A stretch of DNA of 32,000 nucleotides, from the NCBI RefSeq assembly GCF_016593155.1, contig NZ_AP023215.1, forward strand, positions 420,001 through 452,000, read 5' to 3'. The stretch comes from Candidatus Saccharimonadota bacterium (GTDB lineage Bacteria; Pseudomonadota; Gammaproteobacteria; Burkholderiales; Burkholderiaceae). Made by a program: the position numbers and the translations under genes. The notes under the pieces were generated by a model. The model saw only the letters and a list, made by a program, of their open reading frames with translations, was not told the DNA's origin and made no database searches. Shown here piece by piece: positions 1 through 10,280 of the stretch (position 1 is its first letter; every line of letters begins with the position of its first letter).

Positions 1-500
1 CCCCATTGATAACAAGGTATAGAAATTAATTTATCATTAGGAGGTAATATTTCAGTGGCAATTGCGATATCAGCTTGATCGTTTTGTATCATTTCTGCAA
101 TTTGTTTAGGATTACCTTGTAATAAAGATAATTTAACTTTTGGAAATTGAATAGTAAATTCTTTTACGATTTTAGGTAATGCATAACGCGCTTGCGTGTG
201 AGTAGTTGCAATAGTTAAATTTCCAGTATCATGCATAGAAAATTCTTTACCTATTTTTTTTAAACCTTCTATTTCTTGCATAATTATTTCAACTGAACGT
301 AATATAGCTTGACCAGGCTTTGTAAGTCCGCGAATTCTTTTGCCATGACGCGTAAAAATATCGATACTTAATTCTTCTTCAAGTTCAATAATTGCTTTTG
401 ATACACCGGGTTGGGAAGTATATAAAGCTTTAGCTGCTTCTGTTAAATTAAAATTTTGTCGCACAGCTTCTCGTACGAAACGGAATTGATGAAGATTCAT
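1..500 (-). CDS. cysB: LysR-family transcriptional regulator, CysB-like (N-terminal 166 codons; continues past window start)
   Basis: Absent from the ORF track because it is open at the window edge. Reverse-complement translation from the ATG (complement of 498-500) has no stop: MNLHQFRFVREAVRQNFNLTEAAKALYTSQPGVSKAIIELEEELSIDIFTRHGKRIRGLTKPGQAILRSVEIIMQEIEGLKKIGKEFSMHDTGNLTIATTHTQARYALPKIVKEFTIQFPKVKLSLLQGNPKQIAEMIQNDQADIAIATEILPPNDKLISIPCYQWG. The HTH (LYTSQPG.SK) and IATTHTQARYALP blocks match CysB/Cbl as I recall them. Confidence 0.8.
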   Translation of the reverse strand, partial: MNLHQFRFVREAVRQNFNLTEAAKALYTSQPGVSKAIIELEEELSIDIFTRHGKRIRGLTKPGQAILRSVEIIMQEIEGLKKIGKEFSMHDTGNLTIATTHTQARYALPKIVKEFTIQFPKVKLSLLQGNPKQIAEMIQNDQADIAIATEILPPNDKLISIPCYQW

Positions 501-794
501 CGCATATTTTCTCTGTACTTTATAAAAATAAAATTTAAATATATATTTTTTCTTATTTTTTAACCAATAAATTGTAATTTTTATTATTATAAGCAAATAA
601 ATACTAATCTTTTAGAATAAAAAGAAATTATATTATAATTTTAAATATTGTAAATTATATCTTATTATTATTTTTTATGGTATAGATAAGTATTATATTA
701 TCATATAATATCAATGTTATTTAGGAAAATTAGATGTATCATTATGATAAATATGATATTAATAAGTAAATTAAATATTAATTTATTAACTAAT

Positions 795-1164
795 ATTATA
801 TGTTGTCCTGGTAAAGATTTTTTTTACTATCTAATTCTATTAAATTACCTCAAATAAAAAAAATATTATAAAATGTTTTAACAAAGATTATCAAAATGAT
901 ATTAGAAAAATTTCATTAAATATTTTTGGATATATTAATTCTTGTGGGTACTATATCTTGGTTTAGATAAAGATAGAAATGAATATTTCAAATATTAATT
1001 GGCGGTTCTTAGGGAAAAACTTAGTATCGGAAAAATAATTAGACTGTTTTTTTATGCAATTAAGCTTCAAATATTATCCATCGTATTTTATAAGTTATTT
1101 ACAGTATCGAATAAAAAATAAATATTTTATAAATACCGTGAAACACGTAGGAATTATTATTTGA
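795..1164 (+). pseudogene. cysI: Sulfite reductase hemoprotein (cysI-type), C-terminal remnant only
   Basis: One frame reads KIIKMILEKFH*IFLDILILVGTISWFR*R*K*IFQILIGGS*GKT. The spacing matches the conserved IK.SGC...ADIGF.G-(19 aa)-FQ..LGG end of sulfite/nitrite reductases. Upstream is ICCPGKDFF (CPG..C-like), and the tail YRIKNKYFINTVKHVGIII* lies in another frame. There are at least 5 in-frame stops, and only about 370 bp remain of a gene that is normally about 1.7 kb. Confidence 0.5.
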
Positions 1165-1640
1165 TGCGTAAAATTATTAAAAATAATGTTATTGTTAATG
1201 ATTATTGGAAGATATTTTATGAAAATGACCGTAAAAAAGAAAATGTAAATTTTTTAGAAGATCATGTTATAGCTCTATTTTATATTTTTGAAAAAATATT
1301 TAAAATTTAATTTTGATAATAATTTTAATCTTAGTATTTGGATTAATAGCAATGAATATTCAGAAGAACTTAAATGTTTTTTAAAAAAACCGAAACAATT
1401 TAAAGTAATTAAAATTAATTTTATAAAATTTACTAATAGTAGAGGTTTTTCAATTACATATAATTTACGTATAAAATTAATTATACCGAAGAACTTTGTG
1501 CGATAGATGGATATATTACAAAATCATTTTTTATATGAAGATAGTTAATTTTCATTCATTTATTATATGTCATTGATTTTAATTCATTTATTATAGATTC
1601 ATATACGTCATGATAAAAGTATTTATTTTGTATTACATGG
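1164..1640 (+). pseudogene. DUF934 protein (sulfite-reductase-associated), frameshifted
   Basis: MRKIIKNNVIVNDYWKIF... matches the DUF934 N-terminus (M.RIIKN..V.DD.W). ORF-track fragment 1288-1506 contains LSIWINSNEYSEELK...INFIKFTNSRGFSITYNLR (=..W.DSDE.PEEL...NFP.FTDGRGYS.ARLLR). EELCAIDGYITKSFFI* and then YMKIVNFHSFII follow in shifted frames (=GELRA.GDVLRDQLFY..RCGFDAF). The ATG overlaps the cysI stop (TGATG at 1162-1166). Confidence 0.6.
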
Positions 1641-1746
1641 TTTAAATATATTTTTAAAAAAATATCAATTATCTGTTTATAAAAAAATATCGTTATTTCG
1701 ACGAGTAAATTATTTTTTTTCATAAGTAATTATTTACTTTAATTTT

Positions 1747-2265
1747 ATGAAAATCTGAGATTTAATTTTTTTTTAAAACTGTTAAATGTTTTAAATAATA
1801 TTATTACAGATTATAAATCGGTTATTTTTGTATCAAGTTTAACTGTAGAAAATATTATAGTATTAAAAGATTTAATTCTTCGTAATAATTTTAATATTAA
1901 TATTTTTACATTAAATACTGGTCGTATATATACTAAAACATTTTATATACTTAATAAAATTTATTTAACTTATAAATATAAAATTATAGTATATTATCCT
2001 TTATATACTAAAGTTAAGAATTGTATTCTTAAAAATGATATAAATACATTTTATGATAGCATTCAAATACGAAAAAAAGTTGTTATATACGCAAAGTAAA
2101 ATCATTATTAATTGGTTGGAAAAGCATATTTGGAATTATATTAATACCTATAATGTTCTATTATAATAATACTTCATCTATTAGTTATTGGCATGTACTC
2201 GCCTCCCATTGAGAAAATGGATATATTTGTTCCGGAAAGTTACAAAAAGGAATTTAGGTTTGTTT
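1747..2265 (+). pseudogene. cysH: Phosphoadenosine/adenosine phosphosulfate reductase, frameshifted with internal deletion
   Basis: MKI*DL..SVIFVSSLTVENIIVLKDLILRNNFNINIFTLNTGRIYTKTFYILNKIYLTYKYKIIVYYP..INTFYDSIQIRKK is followed by CYIRKVKSLLIG in a shifted frame (=CC.IRKV.PL). After a deletion comes IWNYINTYNVLL**YFIY*LLACTRLPL..KRNLGLF (=VW.YI....VPYN.LH..GY.SIGC.PCTR....KECGLH). Confidence 0.6.
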
Positions 2266-2289
2266 TATAAATATAAGGATTAAAATAAA

Positions 2290-2760
2290 TAATTTTGAAA
2301 ATGATACTTTTTATCAAAATTATTTAAAATAATTTATATCTTAATTAATTAGAATTTGAAAATATTCATACTATGAAAGAAGTCTCTTTTAAGTGTAATA
2401 ATCCAGTATTACTTTTTTTGGGAGAAAAAAATCAGTAGTATTATTACGTTTAGCGGAAAAAGTATTTAGATCTAGTTATTTTCTATTTCCAATAGTTCAT
2501 ATTGATACCGGGTATAATTTTTCAGAAGTAATTTCATTTAGAGATAACTGTATTTAAAACTTGGTAAGACATTAATTGTTGGATCAGTGGAGGGGGAGCT
2601 GTTATAGATTACGTAAACCCGATATTGATTTTCGAAATTTCGCGCAATTTTATTCTCTTAGAAACAAAATCTCAACGTACAGAGTTATGGAATTTATATA
2701 ATATTTGAGTTTATTTCGGAGAAAATATACGTTTTTTTCCAATTTATTAATAAATTTATA
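2290..2760 (+). pseudogene. cysD: Sulfate adenylyltransferase subunit 2, frameshifted and truncated
   Basis: LEFENIHTMKEVSFKCNNPVLLF is followed, in a shifted frame, by GRKKSVVLLRLAEKVFRSSYFLFPIVHIDTGYNFSEVISFRDNCI* (=GKDSSV.L.LA.KAF.....PFP..HVDTG..F.E...FRD). Later come FILLETKSQRTELWNLYN and GENIRFFPI (=ELW..YN; ESIRVFPLSNWTE). The C-terminal third is missing. Confidence 0.6.
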
Positions 2761-2776
2761 TAAATTAATATATAAT

Positions 2777-3965
2777 ATGAATTTAAAAGCACCAAAAAAA
2801 AACAAAATGTTTTTAAAAAACATAGTTTATTACGCTTTATTACAGTCGGTTTTATTGATGATGGTAAAATCATATTAATTGGTCGATTTTTATTTGATAG
2901 TAAAAATATTTTTATTAATTAATTAAATACCATGTCTCGTATAAAATAAAAAACGCATAATAAGTGGTCATGATATAGATTTATCATTTTTAACTAATAA
3001 TTTAGAATCTGAGTGCGAATAAAAAGTATAATAATTAATGTTGCGTATCGTTATTTTACTATATTAAAAAAAATATTATAGTTGATATACGTAGGGGTAG
3101 GGATACGAATAATATACACGAAATATAATTACGGGAGCATCACGTATTCTTATTGATATATTAAAAATAAAATTTAATACTAATATTTATAACTTAAATT
3201 TAAGCATCATTCAATTCCTTGCGTATTTACTTAAAATTAAGCATATAATAGATTTTATAAATTAAAATCAAATTTTTTATAAACGTATAATTTATGTTTA
3301 TAAAAAATTTGTAAAAGAGATTAATTTATAAAGCATTAATACTATTCCAATTTCAAATTTAAATGGTTATAATATAATTATAGAAAGTAATAATATTCAT
3401 GGTATCATGGTTCAACGTTAATCTTATTATCATTATTAGAATATTTAAATACAAATAAAAAAAATAGATAAAAAAAACCATTATGTTTTTCTGTGCAATT
3501 ATTAGTTCGTTATAACGATTATGTAGTTAAAGATTTTAGAGATTATATGGGGCGAGTTGAATTTGGTGTAATTTGAAAAAATGATTATTTAATAGTAGAA
3601 CCAAGAAGAAAAAAAATTGTTTAAAATATTCAAATTCTAAATAAATCATGTGATATAGTGGTAATTGAACAATCCTTGATTTTAATTATAAAAAAATATT
3701 TAGGTATTTCACGTAGTAATATACTTCTTTTTTCCTTTAAGAGACTGTATTTATTAAGATCAATTAATACTAATATCAGAAGCACTAGTTTATTTATTTT
3801 AATTAATGAAATTACTTTTAAAACAGTGTTCTCTGGAATTATTATATTATGATTTTACATAAAATTTAATATTTATATAAAATAATTCTTTATAGGTATA
3901 ATTTGATTTTACTGCACGGGAAAAGGAGCGTGTTTATTGAAAAAGGCAGATACGATATTATAAAC
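2777..3965 (+). pseudogene. cysN: Sulfate adenylyltransferase subunit 1 (GTPase), multiple stops and frameshifts
   Basis: LRFITVGFIDDGKIILIGRFLFDSKNIFIN* matches the G1 region LRF.TCGSVDDGKSTLIGRLL.D...I. IIINVAYRYFTILKK (=GITIDVAYRYF...KR) and IIVDIRRGRDTNNIHEI (=FI.ADTPGH.QYTRNM) lie in different frames. WYHGSTLILLSLLEYLNTN..PLCFSVQLLVRYNDYVVKDFRDYMGRVEFGVI also matches. ORF-track fragment 3658-3852 lies inside this remnant. Confidence 0.6.
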
Positions 3966-3974
3966 TAATGAATT

Positions 3975-4570
3975 ATTAATACTATAGCTCTCAGGCTAAA
4001 TATGTTTTTTATTAGAATATGTTTTAAAAAACATTTTATTGCACATATATAATTAATTGTCTTTTTATTAAATACGCCTTTAAATATAAAGTAGTATATT
4101 TAAAAAAAATTAAAAAAAAGGGAATCCAATGTTATTTGATTGTACTAATTAGGAATTAAGTACTTTAAAAAAATATAATATTAAAGAAAAATATTCTAAG
4201 TATTACTGTTGTATTAGTTGTAGCTTCTTCATCTAAAAAACTTACTAAAACAAAATGTATCTCGGAGTATTGTATTATTCATTTCTATGTCGTATTATTT
4301 ACTTTTATTTTAAAAAATAATTATTTAAAACATATTCCAATAAGTGATACATTAATAAAGAATATGGATGGTGATAATATATTCTTAACTTCTAAAAAAT
4401 TGTTTAAATTAGGATTTTTACCCACAACCCAGGTCTTATAGTAGTCGAAAATTATAGTATTTCAAATCAATAAATTATAAGATTAATTTATTAGATTTAA
4501 AAAAAATATTTCGATTTGAAAAGATCGGTTCTTATTGTGATTAGGGAATCTTTAAAATTATGTTAAAATT
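3975..4570 (+). pseudogene. cobA: Uroporphyrinogen-III C-methyltransferase (siroheme synthesis; cobA/cysG-type) remnant
   Basis: KVVYLKKIKK is followed, after a shift at an A-run, by KGNPMLFDCTN*ELSTLKKYNIK (=VVRLKGGDPF.FGRG.EE...L...GI). MDGDNIFLTSKKLFKLGFLPTTQVL**SKIIVFQ matches L...G...DTPVA.VENGT...Q. FDLKRSVLIVIRESLKL matches PA..VIGEVV.L. The match is weaker than for the other cys remnants. Confidence 0.4.
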
Positions 4571-5047
4571 AAATTTTTATAAATTTATAAAGAACGAAGA
4601 TAATATTTTGCAATTTCTATTAAGATTTTTTTATCTTCATAATAGTTAAAGTGGTTCGAATATTTATATTTAGTACATTTTGTTTATGATTTTTTATTAA
4701 TATTTTTTTATATAATTATGTAACGTATGTAATTAAATTTAGCGTTATTAATTCTAAAAAAAATAATTTCAATTATTAAATTAGGTTATGTTGTTTTATT
4801 GTTTTTTAAAATATAAAAAATTCTTTCTATTTTATATTACGAGAACCATGAGCAAAAATAATAATTACCTGTTTCTTAAAAAGAATTTTTTTAATTTTAT
4901 TTATAATATTTTGTTAATAATAAGTTTAATATATTTTCATTAAAATAAATAACAAAAATATTTAATAATTTTATCTAATAAATTTATTGTTAAAAACATA
5001 ATAAATTTTTATATAATTATTAATTTAAATAAATAAGGAAGAAATTA

Positions 5048-6513
5048 ATGAATTTTAATGTTAAATTAATTAATTCAACGACATCAATTATGTTTTTAAA
5101 AACAGATTGTTTTGTGATTGGTATTTTTAAAAACAATAAATTATTAGATATTGTTAAAGATATTAATAAATATGATGAAATTACAAATATACTTAAATCA
5201 GGGGATTTAAATAAAAATTAAGAAATATACAAAAAATAAATACTAAACGTATTTTATTAATTAGTTTAGGTGATAAAAAAAAATATCAAAGAATTTAATT
5301 TTATAAAAATAATACAAGTTATTATGAATGTTTTTTATAATATAGGCGCTAGTAATTTGTTATTAACATTACCATTTAATACAATTAAGCAATATAATTT
5401 ATCATATTTGATTATTAAAACTATTATTATTATTTCCAATAATTTATATCAATCAGATGCGCAAAAAAGTAAAAAAAGAACTAGTTAAAATTAATATTAA
5501 AAAAATATTTTTTCTTTATATGAGGAAAATTATATTGACGGAAAAATGCTATTACTTTTGGGTTCACGATTTCTAAGGGAATTGAATTAACTAAAAATTT
5601 AGGTAATTTATCTGCTAATATTTATACTTCAACTTATTTAGAAAATATTTTTAAAAAATTAAGCTATGATTATAAAATGGATATAGAATTAAATATGGGT
5701 GGTTTATTATCAGTTACCAATGGAATCTATGAATTTCTAAAATTAATTATAATAAAATATATGAATAAAAAATTTAAAGAAGCACCCATAGTTCTTGTTG
5801 GTAAAGGTATTACATTTGATACCGGTGGTATTTCAATAAAATTTAGTTACTCTATGGATGAAATAAAATATGATATGTGTGGGAGCGACTTTTGTTTTAG
5901 GTACTTTATATACTATTTATGTTATTTCTGAAATAAATTTGGAGTTAAATGTAATTGATATTATTGTGTCTAGCGAAAATATGTTATTCGGAAATTCAAT
6001 AAAACTTAATGATATTGTTGTTTTAATGTCGAGTAAAATTATCGAAATAATCGAAACTAATATCGAGGGGTAGGCTTATATTATGTGATATTTTAATTTA
6101 TGTAGAATGCTTTAAACTATCTATTGTAATAGATATCGCAACATTAATCGGAGCCTATTTTAGTTAATTTAGGTTATCATAATGAAGAACTTTTTATTCG
6201 TAACGATAAGAGATATAATGAAATTAGTATTAGATCTTTTAAAAGTCGAGAAAATAAGTGGTGATACGTATGGAATATGCTAATTGAAGATATATATCAA
6301 AAACAATTAAAATCTAATTTTGCGGATATTTCTAATATGGAAGATTTATCAACAGAAAATATTATTGCCGTTTATTTTTTAGAAAATTTTACAAAAAAAT
6401 ATATTTGGGCACATTTAGATACTACTGGTGTAGTTTGAAAAGTGAGGATAAAGAGGGGTTACTTAACATCCGTTAGCGCTATTAACTTATTATTTAATGT
6501 TAAAATCACCTAA
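5048..6513 (+). pseudogene. pepA: Leucyl aminopeptidase (M17), near full length but broken by many stops and frameshifts
   Basis: The M17 catalytic core is split over overlapping ORF-track fragments in different frames. Fragment 5677-5931 carries PIVLVGKGITFDTGGISIKFSYSMDEIKYDMCG. Fragment 5870-6073 carries GATFVLGTL..LNVIDIIVSSENMLFGNSIKLNDIVVLMSSKIIEIIETNIEG*, where NTDAEGR is cut by a stop. The C-terminal WAHLDTTGVV*K.. (=WAHLDIAGTAW) is also interrupted. The N-terminal MNFNVKLINS... is stopped at about 5218. Confidence 0.85.
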
Positions 6514-6538
6514 TATAAATTTTAAATAATCATTCAAT

Positions 6539-7315
6539 ATGAAAATTGCTACTTGGAATATTAATTCTATTAAAGTTCGTTTACCTCATATTTTACGATG
6601 GTTAACTAATAACCCAGATATTAGTATTTTATGTTTACAGGAAACTAAAATTACTAATGATCAATTTCCTGTTTCTGAGATTGAATCAATAGGCTTTAAG
6701 GTTATATTCGTTGGACAAAAATCTTATAATGGTGTTGCCATTTTATCACGTTTTGTAATAAATAATATTATTATAAATAATCCGTATTTTCCAGATAAAA
6801 ACCAGCGTTTAATTACATGTACGATAGCTGGTTTTCGTATTATTTGTATCTATGTTCCTCACGGAGAATCGTTAGAATCACCTAAATATCAATATAAATT
6901 AAATTGGTTATATGCATTAAAAAGATTAGTTTCTAAAGAACTTTTTTTTTATAAAAAATTAATATTATTAGGTGATTATAATATTGCACCAGAAGATTGT
7001 GATGTATATAATCCAGTATTATTAAAAAATAAAATAACATTTTCTCATCTTGAGCGATCTGTTTTTTTTGAAATTCAAAATTTAAATTTTATTGATATTT
7101 TTAGATTATTTCATAAAGAAAAAAATTTATATACTTGGTGGGCTTATAGAAAAATGAGTTTTACTCGTAATATTGGGTTACGTCTTGATCATATATTAAT
7201 GACTCCTTATTTAGCTAAATTTTGTAAATCTTGTATTATTGACATAGCTCCTCGTTCATGGGGGCGACCATCTGATCACGCTCCTGTAATTGCTACTTTA
7301 GATATTTCTTTTTGA
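6539..7315 (+). CDS. xthA: Exodeoxyribonuclease III (AP endonuclease)
   Basis: Intact 258-aa ORF: MKIATWNINSIKVRL..ILCLQETK...LLGDYNIAP...WWAYR...GLRLDHIL...SDHAPV, the ExoIII/EEP family motifs. It ends in TGA. Confidence 0.92.
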   Translation: MKIATWNINSIKVRLPHILRWLTNNPDISILCLQETKITNDQFPVSEIESIGFKVIFVGQKSYNGVAILSRFVINNIIINNPYFPDKNQRLITCTIAGFRIICIYVPHGESLESPKYQYKLNWLYALKRLVSKELFFYKKLILLGDYNIAPEDCDVYNPVLLKNKITFSHLERSVFFEIQNLNFIDIFRLFHKEKNLYTWWAYRKMSFTRNIGLRLDHILMTPYLAKFCKSCIIDIAPRSWGRPSDHAPVIATLDISF

Positions 7316-7559
7316 TTAATTTTAAAATTAAATATTATTTAAATTTTTAAAAACAAATAATTATTTAAAATAATTTTATAAAATAGCTTTTTTTTAAATA
7401 GTCTTTTAAAAAGTGTGTTATTATTGAATATAATATTTTAATAAATTTTTTATAAAAATAATATTTAAGAGGCTAGTAATAGCTTTTATTTTTTTTTATA
7501 AATTACTGTAATATAATTATATTTTTAAATACTCTATTATTTGTTAAAGTTGAAGTTTT

Positions 7560-7829
7560 ATGACAATTAAAAACAATATTAAAGCTTCTATTATCTTAGA
7601 TAATTCTCGTACTAAAAATGATACAGGATCTCCAGAAGTACAGGTTGCTTTATTAACTTCACGTATTAATGATTTAAATATTCATTTTAAATTACATATC
7701 AAAGATAATCATTCTCGTCGCGGTTTAATTATGATGGTAAATCGTAGAAAAAGTTTACTGTCTTATCTTAAAAATAAAGATATAAATCGTTATCGTTTAT
7801 TAATTAATAAACTTCATTTACGAAAATAA
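7560..7829 (+). CDS. rpsO: 30S ribosomal protein S15
   Basis: 89 aa with [27 protein letters not shown]. It sits immediately upstream of pnp, as in most bacteria. Confidence 0.95.
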   Translation: MTIKNNIKASIILDNSRTKNDTGSPEVQVALLTSRINDLNIHFKLHIKDNHSRRGLIMMVNRRKSLLSYLKNKDINRYRLLINKLHLRK

Positions 7830-7868
7830 TTAATTATTTTATTAATAATTTAATATAATTTTAATTAT

Positions 7869-7898
7869 ATGCCCGCATTAATTAATGGATGCGGGCAT
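7869..7898 (+). terminator. Perfect 10-bp GC-containing hairpin between rpsO and pnp (rpsO terminator / pnp leader processing structure)
   Basis: ATGCCCGCAT (7869-7878), a 10-nt loop, then ATGCGGGCAT (7889-7898), followed by TTTAAAATT. It is one of the very few GC-rich patches in the window. Confidence 0.7.
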
Positions 7899-7961
7899 TT
7901 AAAATTAATGCAAAATAAAATTAAAATAATTAAAAATTAATGTTACAAGAAAGGAAATTTT

Positions 7962-10073
7962 TTGTTTAATAAAATTATTAAAGAATTTAAATATGGTTCA
8001 CATAAAATTTCTATTGAAATTGGTGAAATTGCTCGTCAAGCTACTAGTTCAGTATTAGTATCTATAGAAGATACAGTGATACTAGCAACAGTAGTTTCTT
8101 GTAAAAATCCTAAATCAACGCATAATTTTTTTCCTTTAACTGTTGATTATATAGAAAAAACTTATGCGGCAGGTCGTATTCCAGGTGGTTTTTTTAAACG
8201 CGAAGGAAAACCCTCTGAAAGAGAAACAATAATTTCTCGCTTAATTGATCGCCCAATTCGTCCATTATTCCCGGAAGGATATTTAAATGAAATACAGGTT
8301 GTTATTTATGTTTTATCAGTAAATCCACAAATTGATCCAGATATTGCTTCTATAATTGGGGTATCAACAGCTCTTTCTATTTCTGAATTGCCATTTTTAG
8401 GTCCATTAGGAGTGGCAAGAGTTGGTTATATTGATGGTAAATATATTCTTAATCCAACTACGGAACAATTAAAAAAATCACATTTAGATTTATTAGTTGC
8501 AGGAACTGAAAAAGCTATAATAACTGTTGAATCAGAGTCAAAACAATTATCAGAGGATATTATATTAGATGCAATAATATTTGGGCATAAAAAAATGAAA
8601 GTAGTAATTAATATAATTAATGAATTAGTGAAAGATGTGGGTCAAAAAAAAATAGATTGGAATCCAATTATAAAAGACGAAAAATTAATTTCTAAAATAG
8701 TTAATATGTCTGAAAATAAAATTAGAAAAGCCTATCAAATAAAGGATAAACAAATTAGAGATATAACATTTAAAAATATTAGTAAAGATATTCATTCTTC
8801 ACTAATGGATAGTGATAACTTAATTATAGATATAAATGATATTAGCTGCATTTTATATGATTTAGAATCTAAAATTATTCGAACACAAATTTTAGATAAA
8901 GGATTTCGTATCGATAATCGTGGCATTAATGATATACGTCCAATTTCAATTCGTACTGGTATTTTACCTAGGGCGCATGGTTCTTCATTATTTACTAGAG
9001 GAGATACTCAAGCATTAGTAGTTGCTACTCTTGGAACTTCTCGTGATGAACAAAAAATTGATGCATTAATGGGTGAATTTACTGATTCATTTATGTTGCA
9101 TTATAATATGCCTTCATTTGCTACCGGTGAAATTGGTAGAATTGGTGTCCCAAAACGCAGAGAAATTGGACATGGTAGATTAGCGAAACGCGCATTATTG
9201 CCGATATTACCAAATAGTAGTAAATTTAATTATTCTATACGTTTAGTATCTGAAATAACAGAATCAAATGGTTCTTCATCGATGGCATCTGTATGTGGAG
9301 GTTGTTTAGCATTATTAGATGCTGGTGTACCAATAAGTGAACATGTCGCTGGTATTGCAATGGGTTTAATTAAAGATGGTGAAAAAGTTGTTATTTTAAG
9401 CGATATTCTTGGTGATGAAGATCATTTCGGTGATATGGATTTTAAAGTGGCTGGAACTAATAATGGTATTACTGCCTTACAAATGGATATTAAAATTTTT
9501 GGTATTACTTATGATATTATTAAAATGACTTTATATCAAGCTAGAAAGGGTTTATCATATATTTTAGAAAAAATGAAAAAAGCCGTTCCAAAATGTAAAA
9601 CTGAATTATCTAAATTTGCTCCACGTTTAATTACTGTAAAAATTGATCCATCAAAAATTCGTGATGTTATTGGAAAAGGTGGGTCTATAATTCGCGCATT
9701 AACAGAAGAAACTGGAACTCAAATTGATATTAATGATGAAGGTGTAATTACTATTGTTTCATTTAATGCGATTTCTGGTCAAGAAGCTAAAAGGCGCATT
9801 GAGAAACTTACTGAATCTGTTAAAATTGGAAAAATTTATACCGGAATAGTTTTAAAATTATTTAATTTTGGCGCAATTATTCGAATTTTATCTGGAAAAG
9901 ATGGTTTATTGCATATTAGTCAAATTTCTAGTAAACGTGTAAATATAATTACTGATTTTCTAAAAGAAAATCAAAAAGTTCGGGTAAAGGTATTAGAAAT
10001 AGATGATCGTGGACGTATTAAATTATCGATGAAGGCTTTACTAGAAAAAGAAAATGTTACTTTTTTAAAATAA
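7962..10073 (+). CDS. pnp: Polyribonucleotide nucleotidyltransferase (PNPase)
   Basis: 703 aa with two RNase PH domains followed by KH ([15 protein letters not shown]) and S1 ([20 protein letters not shown]) domains. The start codon is TTG, as for E. coli pnp. Confidence 0.95.
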   Translation: MFNKIIKEFKYGSHKISIEIGEIARQATSSVLVSIEDTVILATVVSCKNPKSTHNFFPLTVDYIEKTYAAGRIPGGFFKREGKPSERETIISRLIDRPIRPLFPEGYLNEIQVVIYVLSVNPQIDPDIASIIGVSTALSISELPFLGPLGVARVGYIDGKYILNPTTEQLKKSHLDLLVAGTEKAIITVESESKQLSEDIILDAIIFGHKKMKVVINIINELVKDVGQKKIDWNPIIKDEKLISKIVNMSENKIRKAYQIKDKQIRDITFKNISKDIHSSLMDSDNLIIDINDISCILYDLESKIIRTQILDKGFRIDNRGINDIRPISIRTGILPRAHGSSLFTRGDTQALVVATLGTSRDEQKIDALMGEFTDSFMLHYNMPSFATGEIGRIGVPKRREIGHGRLAKRALLPILPNSSKFNYSIRLVSEITESNGSSSMASVCGGCLALLDAGVPISEHVAGIAMGLIKDGEKVVILSDILGDEDHFGDMDFKVAGTNNGITALQMDIKIFGITYDIIKMTLYQARKGLSYILEKMKKAVPKCKTELSKFAPRLITVKIDPSKIRDVIGKGGSIIRALTEETGTQIDINDEGVITIVSFNAISGQEAKRRIEKLTESVKIGKIYTGIVLKLFNFGAIIRILSGKDGLLHISQISSKRVNIITDFLKENQKVRVKVLEIDDRGRIKLSMKALLEKENVTFLK

Positions 10074-10110
10074 AAATAAGTTTATTTAATAAAATAAAAT
10101 TTTTTAAATG

Positions 10111-10184
10111 GGTGGACGACGGGGCTCGAACCCGCGACAACAGGAATCACAATCCTGGACTCTACCAACTGAGCTACATCCACC
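10111..10184 (-). tRNA. tRNA-His (anticodon GUG)
   Basis: Reverse complement: GGTGGATGTAGCTCAGTTGGTAGAGTCCAGGATTGTGATTCCTGTTGTCGCGGGTTCGAGCCCCGTCGTCCACC. It has a full cloverleaf, anticodon loop TTGTGAT, an extra G(-1) pairing with C73, and no encoded CCA. Confidence 0.93.
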
Positions 10185-10280
10185 ATAATTAATTTAAAAA
10201 ATATTTATTTTATTCTACATTAATATAATATTATTTCAAAATTCATATTTTATTAACAAAAATATTAAAAATATTATAAA

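Noticed and set aside
1288-6073. ORF-track entries 1288-1506, 3658-3852, 5270-5488, 5677-5931 and 5870-6073 treated as independent small genes.
   Set aside because: Each is a frame fragment of a recognisable pseudogene (DUF934, cysN, pepA x3). Homology continues into neighbouring frames across stops.
500-6513. Rescue of the cys/pepA genes by an alternative genetic code (TGA=Trp) or by transcriptional slippage at poly(A) tracts.
   Set aside because: TGA clearly terminates xthA, and Trp is TGG in intact genes. The disruptions include TAA and TAG stops, large internal deletions and many frame changes per gene, which is far beyond what slippage at a single homopolymer could repair.
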